Origin: an uncultured Planctomycetaceae bacterium
GTDB lineage: Bacteria; Planctomycetota; Planctomycetia; Planctomycetales; Planctomycetaceae
DNA length: 64,000 nucleotides
Assembly: GCA_963815195.1 (NCBI GenBank)
Contig: CAWFGE010000020.1
Location: 352,001-416,000, forward strand
Direction of reading: 5' to 3'
The translations under genes and the position numbers were made by a program. This document shows positions 32,801-43,577 of this stretch, one piece after another. How positions within the stretch are numbered: the first letter of the stretch is position 1; the number at the start of each line of letters is the position of its first letter. Under the pieces are notes generated by a model, which worked only from the letters and a program-made list of their open reading frames with translations, did not search any database and was not told the origin of the DNA.

Positions 32801-33305
32801 TTTGGATCTCGGCACCAAAACGGTTTCCCCCGCGGGAACGGCCGCGCTGAAGGGCAAGCCGGCCCCCAAGTTGGATGTGCAATGGAGGTCAGGACAGGAG
32901 ACGAACTGGGAGAAACTCCGTGGGAAAGTCGTTGTCCTCGATTTCTGGGGAACATGGTGCGGACCCTGCATTGCCGGAATGCCGGAGTTGATGGAGATTG
33001 CCGATCGATTCCGCGGCCGACCGGTCGAGTGGCTGTCGGTCCACACACCCGATCTCAAGACGTTCGAGGACTTAGACCGGCAAATGAAATCGTGCCAGAA
33101 AAAGTCCTGGAACAATCGCGAACTCCCTTTCATGACCGTGATAGACCGCCCGGTCATCGGGGCGGAATACTCCGGCCAAACCAGCCGGCGCTTCGGCGTC
33201 GTCGAGTGGCCGACGCTGATCGTTGTGGATCAGCAAGGCCGGGTCGTGGGATCCGATTCCCAAAAAGGATCTCGAAAAGACAATCGCCCGCCTGCTAAAC
33301 CGTAA
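29889..33305 (+). CDS. BlaR1/M56 metallopeptidase with C-terminal TlpA-like redoxin domain
   Basis: HEMAHIARRD, WWNPL, REQICD; C-terminal LDFWGTWCGPC and WPT. Possible frameshift near 33252, in which case the true stop may be 33318. Confidence 0.9.
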   Translation: MSSFSDLLVSTPFLVRCLNAALASAAACALAILLSRRRTWSLPARHAVLVAAIVISLLAPLVVPLFHPPAIWAFGVSATADRVEPTAGSQPNRLIPSANSQESPASNPIPIPVADTNPNRPVVAEPPVVRRVAAVPDSPPRSPAHEEPTVTAADWVRMLGSLLCGIWFVGIAVGGLRFILSLVRLKVWRQTLTASDSPLLAVAARWAAKEMGLRKEVGVQCSNCLPTPVTVGLIHPRIVVPAGIESSLSKEQWRAVLLHEMAHIARRDLWISLLQQIAQIGYWWNPLVCLVNRQLADLREQICDDIALREHIDPGNYAATLISIAERAAEGPPVPATLGIGSSPARQLERRIQRILAPPASKRLWLTPHALIGVAVASLLMTATVLFAQVQVKTSDRPTGDSPRSAAVRPAIAETRPAPANPTLHDLIQEMAAYEQRYFPFEVQVMETFRFPDDLTPQEKARNLRADGRKHQKLMEYAQLAKRIWRSKETIFVDDELEQGPYERFSDGQQIVQRSPSSVTINGVTDTEYYINNRQNDIFNYLSAEPLLGVLCLSMYGRGELFSEAFKEDEEAVDLAWDNGDAKLTFVFGKPHWNTQYVLWLSRAHAWQPIRLQRYMDAKDKFWFDEWEVTKFVPHGKLWRVAEGTHRYRDWRDKEIADPKIKYSMDFKVLSEKYGRDVDEKQFHIEIPKGAKVRVQGQAEAEPPLPAKTREITVTVVDVVGKPIPQASVKLPATRLRNHDLMRTDAQGVARSAKAPADNVTVQITADGFRPVTWIMGNVNKLRAIMVPLSPGIVVDEQGNPVADAWITHEHLQIRADGITHVPDRDWNGKDKDWSGADGHFRLKTNLTLRRNDALVSYIAVNPNRDKMAIAFVPARKLGEPKTLVLEPVCDVQGHCLFLETAELVNVGIGLETSHGESIGWLSPRKALTPKGLRIDFEIRLPPGDYVLASPQTSLHAGFKIPFSVAAGRKDLDLGTKTVSPAGTAALKGKPAPKLDVQWRSGQETNWEKLRGKVVVLDFWGTWCGPCIAGMPELMEIADRFRGRPVEWLSVHTPDLKTFEDLDRQMKSCQKKSWNNRELPFMTVIDRPVIGAEYSGQTSRRFGVVEWPTLIVVDQQGRVVGSDSQKGSRKDNRPPAKP

Positions 33306-33577
33306 AGCCGACAAATAGATGGACGGGCTTTCGATACCGAGGTCGAAGGTCGTCGTGTTCGACGCGCGAGGGGAATTGACGCACCCCGACTCGCCCGTTG
33401 TCCTTGGTAATGTCGCCAAGCATCGCCGTTCGCCCGCTGCGTACTCATCGAACTCCGCAAGCGCAGCCCACATCTCCCTCTGCCGCCCCCAATCCACCTC
33501 CGCCGCAATCGGCCTCAGCAGCTTCTCATACACCGGATACTTGCCCGCCGTCACCCGCGGCAGAGACCGGCATAGCT

Positions 33578-33605
33578 CGTGCAGGTTCGAGTCCTGTCTC
33601 TCGCA
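33578..33605 (+). repeat. attR-like duplicate of the tRNA-Leu 3' end
   Basis: cgtgcaggttcgagtcctgtctctcgca versus tRNA cgtgcaggttcaagtcctgtctctcgca (27/28). Confidence 0.9.
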
Positions 33606-33666
33606 ATTGGCGTTTAACGCTTCTCGAATGAAGGGTTGCCGCTTTGCGGATTTCCGAAGCGGGAAT

Positions 33667-36600
33667 TCAAGGGGTTGGGTGATCCGGCCGGGCCAGTTCT
33701 TGTCGGGCCGAAGCTCGTCAAAGTTCATTCCCAATCTGGCGGCGGCTTGAAGGGATTTTTCGAACCGGCGCCCGGCACGCCGGCGGCGGCCGAGGAGTCG
33801 ATCCAATTCAGCCTGGAAAAATAGCGCCTGCGGCGATCCGATGGGGTGCATTCGCGCAAAAGAACGGAGGGCTTTGATGACCGTTCGAGCCCGCTTTTGG
33901 AATTCCTGTCGGCGGTGGGTTTGTTGAGCGAGGCCTAAAAGCTCCACCTCGGCCCAGCCTCCCAGTCCGCGAAGAATGTAATAGGAGATGGGCTGCGACT
34001 CCGCGAACAGGCCGGCGGTGATCTCCGCGGAGGCTCAGGGCGGAGTCCGTCGCGCCGAGCCGCCATTGCGTCCGGGCGATCAATCCCCAGGCCCAGACGA
34101 GATCGGCCCGGAGAACCCGGCCTGTCCGGCGCGAATCGGACGAGAGCAGTTTCTCCAAGACTCCGACAACGCGAACCAGTGCATCGTCCGTGGGCTGTGA
34201 ATTTGGCTCGGCCAGCAGGCTTTCGAGTTGCAGGTTAAGTCCCCAGACGTGTTCCTGGGCGACGCCGCGCTGCTCGGCCCAGCGTTCGAGTTGCCGGCCC
34301 CGGTCCAGGCTTTCGGAAAACCGGCCCTGATAGGACAGCGCCAATCCCAAAATCGAAGTGCTCTCAGACCGCCGGCGTTTGTCGCCCATCTGGTTGGCGG
34401 TTTCGATCGAGGCTTCGAGCGCGCGCTCGGCCTCGGTCCAATGTCCCACCGAAACGTAGTATAGCCCGATAACCTGGTTGACCCAGGCGGAGCAGGCGGG
34501 ATCGCCGAGTTGGGCCGCGGTCGCGCTTGCGCGCTCCGCTTGGGCGCGGGCTTTTCTGTGTCGTGCAAGAACTCCCCACACGATGGAGGAGTTGCCGGAG
34601 GCCCGGGCCAGTTCGGGCGACGGCCCGACGCGTTCGGCGGCCTCGACCCCGGCAAACACCGCATACAGGCAAGGCAGCCTTTCGTTGTTGAGATAGTGGG
34701 CCTCGGCGAGCCGTTCGTAGGCCAAGGCCAGTTCCACATCGGTCTCGCGTCCCCGTCGCGAAGGAGGGGCCCCGGGAGCCCGGTGCAACCACTGCCGAAT
34801 CCCCCGCGAAAGCGCGCCAAAAACTGCCGCCAAAGCCGGCCGGGAACCGGGCGGTCCAACAGCAGCAAACATTTTCGCAAATGCACGATACACTCATCGG
34901 AAAAACCCAGGGAATAGTCGGCTTCCGCGAGCTTTCGTTCCCAGCGGGCGCGGCGAAGCCGATCGGCGGTGTCCGGGTTTTGATCGCTCAATTCGAGCGC
35001 TTCCGAAAAACATTTGACCGCCTCTTCGTTCGCGAAATTGATGAGCGCCTGCTCCCCGGCCCGCTCCAAGGCCGTCACGGCTTTCTCCTTTTGCTGCGAG
35101 CGGCACCAATGGTGGGCAATGACCGACAAGTACGGCGCCGGGCTCTCGGCATAAGTCGTCTCATACCATTCCGCCAGCGCCCGGTGGAGCCGGCGGCGCT
35201 GGTCGCCCAGCATCAGTTCATACGCCGCCTCGCGGGCGATCGCGTGCTTGAACGCATAACTCAGCGAGGACTCGTCCCGCTCCCGGCGAATCAGGTCCGC
35301 GTTCTGGGTCTTGACGATGTCCGTGGAAAGGTCCGCCTGGTTGGCGGGAATGGGATACACATCGCGGAGCGTGGAGAACGCAAACTGCTGGCCGATGACG
35401 CTCGCGACTTTCAACGTCAATTGAGATCCCGGCGGCAGCCGGTCGATCCGGCTGATCACCAGGCCCTGAACGGAATCCGGCAAACCCACACCGTTGAGTT
35501 CCCCCGATTCCGAAACGACGCGGCACTCGTCCGCTTGGATGACGATGCGCCCGGATTCCAGCAAGGCCGCCGCCAACTGCTCCGCGAAGAACGGATTCCC
35601 TTCCGCCTTGGCGTGGACGAATCGGGAAATCGCGGGAGACAATCTCGCCACCCCGAATTTGTCCCGCAACAATTCGCACGTTTCCTCCTCCGTGAGCGTC
35701 GATAATCGGATCCATGTCGCCAACCCCTCTTCGATCAGTTCGCGATATTCCAGGGGAGGCGCAGGCATCGGTCGCGATGTGAGGACGATTATCAACGGCT
35801 CGACATCGTGAACCACCCGCCGCAAGAGCGCCCAGGATGCGGAATCCAGCCACTGCACATCTTCCAGGACGATCAGCATCGGCATTCGCTCGGCGACGTC
35901 TTGCAGAAGGTGCGCAAGAATGTCCCGCGTGTTGCTCGCGCGGATCTCTCCCCCGAACAGCCCCGGCGTTTCGAGATTTCCGAACTCGCCGATAAACACT
36001 GAACTCAATAAGGGAAGCAGCGGTTCAAATGTCCGGCGGCTGTCTTCGGACGCGAGGACCTCCCGGAGCCAGGCCTCGGTGTCGTGCTCAAAACCCGCCT
36101 GTTCGCGGGCCGTCTCGAAAATCGACCGCCACGCGTAGTAGGAGGTTGTCGATTCGATGGCTTCCCCGCGGCCGTACAAAATCGCCACCCGCGCTTCGTT
36201 GGCCAGTCGCAGAAATTCCGACGTCAAGCGGGACTTTCCGATGCCGGGTTCCCCTTCGACGATTACCGCGTGGCTTTGGTGAAAATCCCGCAGCTCGTCG
36301 AGCCGGCGCTGAAAATCCTGAATCTCACTTCGGCGGCCGATCAATCTGGTGCCGGAGGCGATGGGATCTCCGCCGGAAGTCCGCGCCAGCGGACAATACA
36401 CAGGAACCGGCTCGGCTTTGCCTTTGACGGGAATCGGCGTTCCCGCGGCGAAGGTCAACGACTTTCCGGCATCGCTTTGCGTGGCTTGATCGCAGAGCAC
36501 CTGGTTGTTCGTGGCGGTCATCAGCCGAGCGGCCAGGTTGACGGTGTCGCCGATCAGCGTATATTCCCGGCGAATGGAACTGCCGACGATTCCACAATAC

Positions 36601-37673
36601 ACGCGCCCGGTCGCCACGCCGATCGAGCAGGCCCACCCGATTTCCGCCAATGCGCCATGAATCGCCAAAGCCGCGAGCGCCCCGCGGGCCGCGTCGTCTT
36701 CGTGGGCCAAGGGCGGCAACCCGAACGCCGCCAGCAGCGTGACCCCTTTCTCATCGACGCTCAACTTGTTCACGCTGCCTTCGTAGCGGTAGAGCGCCTT
36801 TTGAATCGCCACCATCGCGGACTGCGCTGCGGAAAGCGGCGTTCGTTCGTGAAGTCCCGGCAGTCGCACGAACAGAATCGTGGCCCGGCGAAGCTCGCCC
36901 AGCCAATCCCGCTGCCGGGCTTCCAGGCGGCTTAGGATCGCTCGCGGCACAAAACTCTGAAGCTTGCTCAACTGCGACGGCGGGAGCCGAAGCCGATGGA
37001 GCGGCGTGGGCGTGGCCGGCTCCATCATCGAAATGACGTTCACGGCCCAGATCGAACTATGCGATCCCCTGCCGGTGTCTTCGACCAAAGCCCAGGCGGT
37101 GGACGTCAGCACGACTTCGCCAGGCTGGGTATCGGGAATGGCGAGCGCGATTTGTTGAAGCGGATCGCCGACGGCGAGAAACTCGCTACGATCCAAAAGT
37201 CCGCCCAGGCACAGGAGCCTGAGCGCGCCTGCGCTGATAACCGTTCGCAGCGAGAGTTCCGACGAGATCCCCAAAGCGTTCTGGCTTTCGCGGTCCTGAA
37301 ACTCCAAGGCGCAGCAGGAGGCGTTGCGGACCATCGCCGCCATGTCCTCGTCCGAGCCGTCCGAAGGCCAGACAGCCAGCAAGGCGTCCCCGGCAAACTT
37401 GATGACGTCGCCGCCCCAACTCGTCACCTGATCGACCAAACGGCCGAAGTACGCGTTGAGGAGCACCGTCAATTCTTCCACTCCGGCGGGCCCGGCTTTC
37501 GCGTGCTGTTCCGCCAAGGCCGTAAAACCGGAGATGTCCGCAAACAACACCGCCGCGGTTATCGTCTCGGAACTCGGCAAAACGGTGCCGTTGCCGTCCG
37601 CTCCCAACCGATTCAGGAGCGCGGCCGGAAGATAAGCCTCGATGGGAGGGGTCAGATCGGTGGATTCGGACAT
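33667..37673 (-). CDS. Soluble adenylate cyclase-like protein: two class III cyclase domains + AAA/STAND ATPase + TPR (frameshifted)
   Basis: FADISGFT, KFAGDA, GDTVNLAARL, GEPGIGKS, LEDVQWLD, GNPFFAE; continues in ORFs 33808-34893 and 33072-33947; 3' end uncertain. Confidence 0.85.
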
Positions 37674-37894
37674 CAATGGGTTTCGCAGGCATCCGACGCA
37701 TGAACAGCGTAAAGCCCTCCCAGTATAACGTGCACGACCTTTCGGTCCACGCCGCGATTCCTATCCACTGAGATAACTTTTGCGGCGAGACGCCGCAGAA
37801 TTCCCTCCAACCGGCCGGACATTCCCCCCAGCGAAGGGGACCCGCGCCTGCGATCGGTCAAATGCCTTGAGAGGTGGTTTCACGGGCGGGGGAA

Positions 37895-38284
37895 CTAGAA
37901 GGCGTTTCGCAGGATTTCCAGGCGGCGGAGTTGGATCTTAAATTCCAGGAGGTCCCAATCCATGGAATTCATCGAGGCATGGACGCTCGGTTTTTCCGGC
38001 TCGGTCCGCGGTTCGAAGTTGAAGGCCAACGTGGAATTCAGCGACATCGGCCACCACACCAGTCCGCCGAAAAACAACAAGGCCACCGCCAAGCCGCCCC
38101 AGAGCATGTGCTGAACGCGGAGTTCCCGCTGCGATTTCTGCGCCTGGGTGACAATCTCCGCCCGAAGGCCCGAACGCACCGTCGGCAGGTCGTCGGCCGC
38201 CAACCGCAGCAAGTCTTCCACCTCGGCGAGCGATTCCCGCTCGGGATCAAAAAATTCGCGGTCCGGGTCGGTCCATTCAGACAT
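37895..38284 (-). CDS. Small membrane protein, candidate anti-sigma factor
   Basis: Overlaps the ECF sigma stop; single hydrophobic segment. Confidence 0.55.
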   Translation of the reverse strand: MSEWTDPDREFFDPERESLAEVEDLLRLAADDLPTVRSGLRAEIVTQAQKSQRELRVQHMLWGGLAVALLFFGGLVWWPMSLNSTLAFNFEPRTEPEKPSVHASMNSMDWDLLEFKIQLRRLEILRNAF

Positions 38285-38864
38285 CGCGCGACACCTCGCT
38301 GGACAAACCTTGGAGCAAGCGGGTCAGCTTTTCCAGCCCGTAACGATACCGGCTGGCGACGGTGTTGGGGGACTCTCCCAACACCTCGGCAATCTCCAAA
38401 AACGTCATGCCCTCCCAAATCTTCAACACGATCACTTCCGATTGATTGGGCGGCAGCTTTTCCACCGCCAGGCGAACGGAGCGTTTGACTTCGTACTCGT
38501 CAAGCGGCGGCGGATCTTCGCTGCCGACTTCCGTGACGGGCAACGCGCACGTACCCGCCCGTTTTTGGGTGAGGCGAAGAGCTTCGTTCCGTACCACCCG
38601 AAGAAAATAGGCCCAAGGATTTGTCGCCCGCTCTAATGCCTGGGGATAGCGGGCGAGCCGAACCATCGCCGCCTGGAACGCGTCTTCCGCATCGTCGTGG
38701 TGCCGGGTGAGCGTGTAGGCGTAGCGGACGAGCCGAGGCCCCACCAGGTCATAAATCTCCTCGAGCGCAACGATCCCGTCCCGTGCCAGGCGGACGGCAC
38801 AGCGGCGCAATTCGGTGGTGATTTGAGAAGAGTTGGTCGTGTCCACGGCAATAGAAAGAGCCAA
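38277..38864 (-). CDS. ECF (sigma-70 group 4) sigma factor
   Basis: DAEDAFQ, AYFLRVVRN, EVIVLKIWEGMTFLEIAEVLGESPNTVASRYRY. Confidence 0.92.
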   Translation of the reverse strand: MALSIAVDTTNSSQITTELRRCAVRLARDGIVALEEIYDLVGPRLVRYAYTLTRHHDDAEDAFQAAMVRLARYPQALERATNPWAYFLRVVRNEALRLTQKRAGTCALPVTEVGSEDPPPLDEYEVKRSVRLAVEKLPPNQSEVIVLKIWEGMTFLEIAEVLGESPNTVASRYRYGLEKLTRLLQGLSSEVSRDV

Positions 38865-39073
38865 GTTGCAGTGGGATTTGTTTACAATTCTTCGATTTTT
38901 TCAGAAATCCGCCCCAAAGTCACGCGCAAACCGGCCCAGAATTGCCTGCCAGTGCTGTTGCCCGGGGAGCACTTGGCCCAATAAAAAACCGGCAAGCTGA
39001 CCTTGCCGGCCGATTTGGAAGCTGTTTAGGACCGCCAAGAAAACAACTTCAGTTTTTGAACCATTTAACAAAA

Positions 39074-39100
39074 CCAGGGGGCTTACGCCCCCCGCTCGCC
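39074..39100. repeat. REP-like palindrome family B
   Basis: Reverse complement reads ggcgagcggggggcgtaagccccctgg. Confidence 0.7.
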
Positions 39101-39139
39101 TGTTCATCCCAAATGCTGAAGTTATATTCTTGGCGATCC

Positions 39140-39715
39140 TTACTTCTTGGAACCGGGGACGTCGATTGGAAAACCATCGGGACCGAAATTGATGGTGGCT
39201 CCTTCGGGGACGGCGGTTTTTCTGGCGTCTTTTGAGGATTTGCCCTTGGGGGCGCTGTTGATCGGGAAGCCGTCGGGACCGAATTCAATCGTCATCCCGC
39301 TCCGGTCGCTGGGCAAATCTTCCAATCGCGGGCCGGGTTCGTCTTTGGTGTCTTCCTCGTTTTTTTGCGGAGGTTTGGGAGCGGGCTCTTTTTTTGCGGG
39401 ATTCGCGGGTTTCGGCTGGCTGCGGGGACGTTCCGCCGGCGCGGGGACCGCGGCCGAGGCTGCCCGGGCCGGTTTGCCCAATTTCCCGCTCACGAAGCGA
39501 TCGATCCGCTCCAGTTCCGCGACGCTGTGATTCTCGCGCTGGATGTCCGCCGAGAGGTCGTTCAGCACGTTTTGGTAGCTGTCCGCATCCGAGGCGGTTT
39601 CCATTCGGCGTTCCAGGAAGGTCGTCACCGACTGGATCTCGGCGAGTTTCGGAGCCGACTCATCCAAGTCCGACCGCACAGCGTCCAACAACTTTTCATA
39701 CAAGGCAACGTCCAT
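39140..39715 (-). CDS. Hypothetical protein with duplicated C-terminal TI.FGPDGFPI motif
   Basis: 191-aa ORF with host-like codon usage; motif TI(E/N)FGPDGFPI occurs twice. Confidence 0.7.
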   Translation of the reverse strand: MDVALYEKLLDAVRSDLDESAPKLAEIQSVTTFLERRMETASDADSYQNVLNDLSADIQRENHSVAELERIDRFVSGKLGKPARAASAAVPAPAERPRSQPKPANPAKKEPAPKPPQKNEEDTKDEPGPRLEDLPSDRSGMTIEFGPDGFPINSAPKGKSSKDARKTAVPEGATINFGPDGFPIDVPGSKK

Positions 39716-39964
39716 TGGGGGCTTCGTCTCCAGGCGGCAATTGGGGGTCAGGGATGGGAGATTGGGGCCGGCTTCAACAAACCCGAGAAACAGGGCTCGC
39801 CCTTATTCTAACTAAGATAACCGTTCGTGTCCCAAACCGGAAATGATTTTTTGCCCTGGCCGGCAATTCCAGCATCTTTTCCCGGCCGATTGTCGAATTT
39901 TCCCCAGCTTACCCCGGACAACCCGAAGCAGAGATCAGCGAGGCACCTTAGGTCGATCCGCGAT

Positions 39965-42955
39965 TCATCCCTTCACCACGAAATTCACCAGTCGCCCCGG
40001 AACCACGACGACTTTCACCACGGTTTTGCCTTCGACGTAGCCCGCGATCGTCTCGTCGGCTTCGGCGGTTTTTTGGATCGTGGCCTGGTCGGCATCGGCG
40101 GGGACTTGGACCTTGCCGCGGAGTTTGCCGTTGACTTGCACCGGGATCTCCACCGTGTCCTCGGCGATTTTGCTTTCATCAAAACTCGGCCAGGGTTCGT
40201 AGGCCAAGGTCTGTTCGCGGCCGAGGATTTCCCAAAGCTCTTCCGCGAGGTGCGGAGCGAACGGCGACAAGAGGAGCACGAACGGCTCGAGCACCGACTT
40301 CGGCCGCGGCTCGGCCGGGCTGAGGGCGTTCGTGAACTCCATCATCCGGCTGATGGCCGTGTTGAAACTGAGCTTTTCAATATCCTCGGTGACAGCTTTG
40401 ATCGTCTTGTGCAGCACGCGTTCTTGCTCTTCATCGGGTTCGACATCCTGCACCGCCTCCGCGAGTTGGATCTCGTCGGACCGCTCATCGACGATCATCC
40501 GCCACACCCGCCCCAAGAAGCGGGCCACGCCTTCCACGCCTTTCATGCTCCAGGGCTTCATTTGCTCCAAAGGTCCCATGAACATCTCATAAAGCCGCAG
40601 CGCATCCGCCCCGTAGCCGGCGACGACTTCGTCCGGGTTTACCACGTTGCCGCGAGATTTGGACATTTTTTCGGCGCGAGCTACCAATTGGTACTCTTTT
40701 CCTTCTTCATCTTTCCAATAGGGAACCCCGTGCTTCGAAATGACCTGTTCATTCGGAATGTCTATACTTTCAAATTGTCCCTTGTAGTAACTTGAACCAT
40801 CTTCGAGTTCGACAACTTCAAAATCACCTCCAGTTTCTCTGCCTTCCTCACCAGCGATTTCGGCAGAAACATAAATCTTCTTTTGAAGCTTCTCGCCAGT
40901 ACGAATATAAACCTCATAACGTGGCTCGCCCAGGATCATGCCCTGGTTCACGAGCTTTTGAAACGGCTCGGGCTTCGTCAAATGCCCGCGGTCGAAGAGC
41001 ACCTTGTGCCAGAAGCGGGCGTACAAGAGGTGCAGCACGGCGTGCTCGGCCCCGCCGATGTAAAGATCGACCGGGAGCCAATACTTTTCCTTGGCGGGAT
41101 CGATCAACCGCTGGTCGTTTTTCGGGTCGGCGAAGCGGATGTAGTACCAGCACGAGCCCGCCCACTGCGGCATGCTGTTGGTCTCCCGCTTCAATTTCAC
41201 ACCGTCGTCTGCAGTTTTATAGAGCCAATCTTCCGGGGCATGCGACAACGGCGGCTCGGGGCTGCCGGTGTGCCCCCACTCCTTCATTTCCGGCAAGGTG
41301 ATCGGCAACTCGCTTGCGGTGTCGGTTCGGAGCAAACCCGTCGGCTCGCCGGTCTCGTCCAACTCGTGCCAGATCGGAAACGGCTCCCCCCAATAATGCT
41401 GCCGGGAGAACAGCCAATCCCGGAGCCGAAAATTGACCGCCTTCTGCCCCAAGCCCTGTACGCTCAAGTCGGCGGTGATTTTTTGTTTGAAGTCGGCGGT
41501 CGCGAGGCCGTTAAACTCGCCGGAGTTGATGGCCTGGCCTTGCCCGGCGAAAGGCGTTTTTTCTTCGCCGTCGATTTCGCGGGCGAGTTCTTGTTCCTCC
41601 TTGCTCGGCTGGTAATCGGCCGGCGGTTGGACGACGGGAACGATCGGCAAACTGAACGTCACCGCGAATTCCCAGTCCCGCAAATCGTGCGCGGGCACGG
41701 CCATGATCGCACCGGTGCCGTAGCTGATGAGGACATAGTCGGCGATCCAGATCGGAATCTGCTCCCCGTTTACGGGGTTGATCGCATAGGCCCCGGTGAA
41801 CTCGCCGGTTTTTTCCTTCGCCAAATCGGTGCGGTCGAGGTCGCTTTTCGTCGCGGCTTTTTCGCGGTAGGCGCGGACGGCTGCCTTTTGGTCCGGCGTG
41901 GTTAAGCGATCGACGTAGGGATGCTCGGGAGCCATCACCATATAGGTCGCCCCGAACAAGGTGTCCGGCCGGGTCGTGTAAACCCGCAAGACCTCTTCGC
42001 CCGGCTGTTTGGGGAAGCCGGTTTTTTGACGGGTGGATTTCCATTCCTCAAAGGCGGCGGGCAACTGGTCGGCGGGCGTGCCGGCCGCGCCGATGAAGAA
42101 ATCGACCTCCGCCCCTTCGCTTTTGCCGATCCAGTTTCGCTGGAGGAGTTTCACGGACTCGGGCCAATCCAACTCGTCCAGGTCTTCGATCAAGCGGTCG
42201 GCGTACTCGGTGATGCGGAGCATCCACTGGCGGAGCGGAAGCCGCATGACGGGATGCCCGCCGCGTTCGCTTTTGCCGTCGATGATTTCCTCGTTCGCGA
42301 GCACGGTGCCCAGGGCCGGGCACCAATTGACGGGAGCGTTGTGCTGATAAGCGAGGCGGTGGGCATCCTGATATTCCCGCACCGCCCGCTCGCCGGTTTT
42401 CTTTACATCATCGGGGATCGGCAATTCGGAAATCGGCCGGCCCCGGCCTCGGCGTTTTTTGCCGTCCGGTCCGGTCCATTCCAACTCCCGGTCGTACCAG
42501 GTGTCGAAGAGTTCCAGAAAGATCCACTGCGTCCAGCGGAAATAATCGGAGTCGGTCGTGGAGAACTCCCGGCTCCAATCGTAGCTGAAGCCCAGCATCT
42601 TCAGCTGCCGGCGGAAGTTGGCGATGTTTTTGTAAGTCGTTTCGCGGGGCGGGGTGCCGGTTTTGATCGCATGCTGCTCCGCGGGGAGTCCGAAGGCGTC
42701 CCAACCCATCGGGTGCAGCACGTGTTTGCCGCGCATCCGCTGATACCGGCAGACGATGTCCGTGGCGGTGTAGCCTTCCGGGTGCCCGACGTGGAGCCCC
42801 TCGCCGGAAGGGTAGGGAAACATATCCAAGACGTACAACTTGCCCCGCCCGGCCGACTCGCCGGTGGGGACAACATCGGGAAGTTTGAAAGTTTCGTGCT
42901 GTTCCCAATAGGCTTGCCATTTGGGTTCAATCCGCTTCGCATCGTATCGGGGCAT
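39965..42955 (-). CDS. leuS: Leucine--tRNA ligase
   Basis: [35 protein letters not shown] editing domain, KMSKS, C-terminal VQVNGKLRG. Confidence 0.98.
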   Translation of the reverse strand: MPRYDAKRIEPKWQAYWEQHETFKLPDVVPTGESAGRGKLYVLDMFPYPSGEGLHVGHPEGYTATDIVCRYQRMRGKHVLHPMGWDAFGLPAEQHAIKTGTPPRETTYKNIANFRRQLKMLGFSYDWSREFSTTDSDYFRWTQWIFLELFDTWYDRELEWTGPDGKKRRGRGRPISELPIPDDVKKTGERAVREYQDAHRLAYQHNAPVNWCPALGTVLANEEIIDGKSERGGHPVMRLPLRQWMLRITEYADRLIEDLDELDWPESVKLLQRNWIGKSEGAEVDFFIGAAGTPADQLPAAFEEWKSTRQKTGFPKQPGEEVLRVYTTRPDTLFGATYMVMAPEHPYVDRLTTPDQKAAVRAYREKAATKSDLDRTDLAKEKTGEFTGAYAINPVNGEQIPIWIADYVLISYGTGAIMAVPAHDLRDWEFAVTFSLPIVPVVQPPADYQPSKEEQELAREIDGEEKTPFAGQGQAINSGEFNGLATADFKQKITADLSVQGLGQKAVNFRLRDWLFSRQHYWGEPFPIWHELDETGEPTGLLRTDTASELPITLPEMKEWGHTGSPEPPLSHAPEDWLYKTADDGVKLKRETNSMPQWAGSCWYYIRFADPKNDQRLIDPAKEKYWLPVDLYIGGAEHAVLHLLYARFWHKVLFDRGHLTKPEPFQKLVNQGMILGEPRYEVYIRTGEKLQKKIYVSAEIAGEEGRETGGDFEVVELEDGSSYYKGQFESIDIPNEQVISKHGVPYWKDEEGKEYQLVARAEKMSKSRGNVVNPDEVVAGYGADALRLYEMFMGPLEQMKPWSMKGVEGVARFLGRVWRMIVDERSDEIQLAEAVQDVEPDEEQERVLHKTIKAVTEDIEKLSFNTAISRMMEFTNALSPAEPRPKSVLEPFVLLLSPFAPHLAEELWEILGREQTLAYEPWPSFDESKIAEDTVEIPVQVNGKLRGKVQVPADADQATIQKTAEADETIAGYVEGKTVVKVVVVPGRLVNFVVKG

Positions 42956-42978
42956 AGTGGTTCAGAGGTCAGGAGTAA

Positions 42979-43005
42979 GGCGAGCGGGAGGCGTAAGCCT
43001 CCTGG
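42979..43005. repeat. REP-like palindrome family B
   Basis: ggcgagcgggaggcgtaagcctcctgg. Confidence 0.7.
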
Positions 43006-43191
43006 TTTCGTCGATGTCAAAGAAAGCCATCAATCCATTGGGAAAGTTTAGTGAGCAAAACCGGCCCCCGCAAATCCGGGCGGGGATTCCGTTTGCCTCG
43101 CCCGCGGACTTTGCAAGAATAGAAGCACAAAGCCCGCCTTGGGTTCGCTTCCCGTTCTTTGGACTGTTCGAGAAATCACCCGAACGGCAGG

Positions 43192-43355
43192 GGGTGGCTG
43201 GGGCGCAAAGCAATGTTCCAAGGAAAAAGGAGATGTGAGGCCTGGGGCCGTGTGAGATTTTTCTCGCCCGGCCACAGCCCCAGCATTCCCAACAAGCCTG
43301 ATTCCAAACGGGATCTGCGCCCCAGCCACCCAAACGCTTACAGTTAGAGTTATTA
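43192..43355. repeat. ~164-bp palindromic element (family D), copy 1
   Basis: Inverted repeats gggtggctggggcgca / tgcgccccagccaccc, inner ctgggg...ccccag hairpin, tail aaacgcttacagttagagttatta. Confidence 0.9.
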
Positions 43356-43411
43356 ACCAATGAATCGCCGCGAGCTACTCACCGCATTTTTGGTACTGCT
43401 GATCGCGGCAG

Positions 43412-43573
43412 GGGTGGCTGGGCGCAAAGCAATGTTCCAAGGAAAAAGGAGATGTGAGGCCTGGGGCCGTATTAGATTTTTCTCGCCTTCCACAGCCCCA
43501 GCATTCCCAACAAGCCTGATTCCAAACGGGATCTGCGCCCGAGCCACCCAAACGCTTACAGTTAGAGTTATTA
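43412..43573. repeat. Family D element, copy 2 (tandem with copy 1)
   Basis: Near-identical to copy 1; flanked by 51-bp direct repeats 43356-43406 and 43574-43624. Confidence 0.9.
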
Positions 43574-43577
43574 ACCA

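Noticed and set aside
33578..33605. Second tRNA gene
   Set aside because: Only the T-arm and 3' acceptor strand are present; interpreted as attR.
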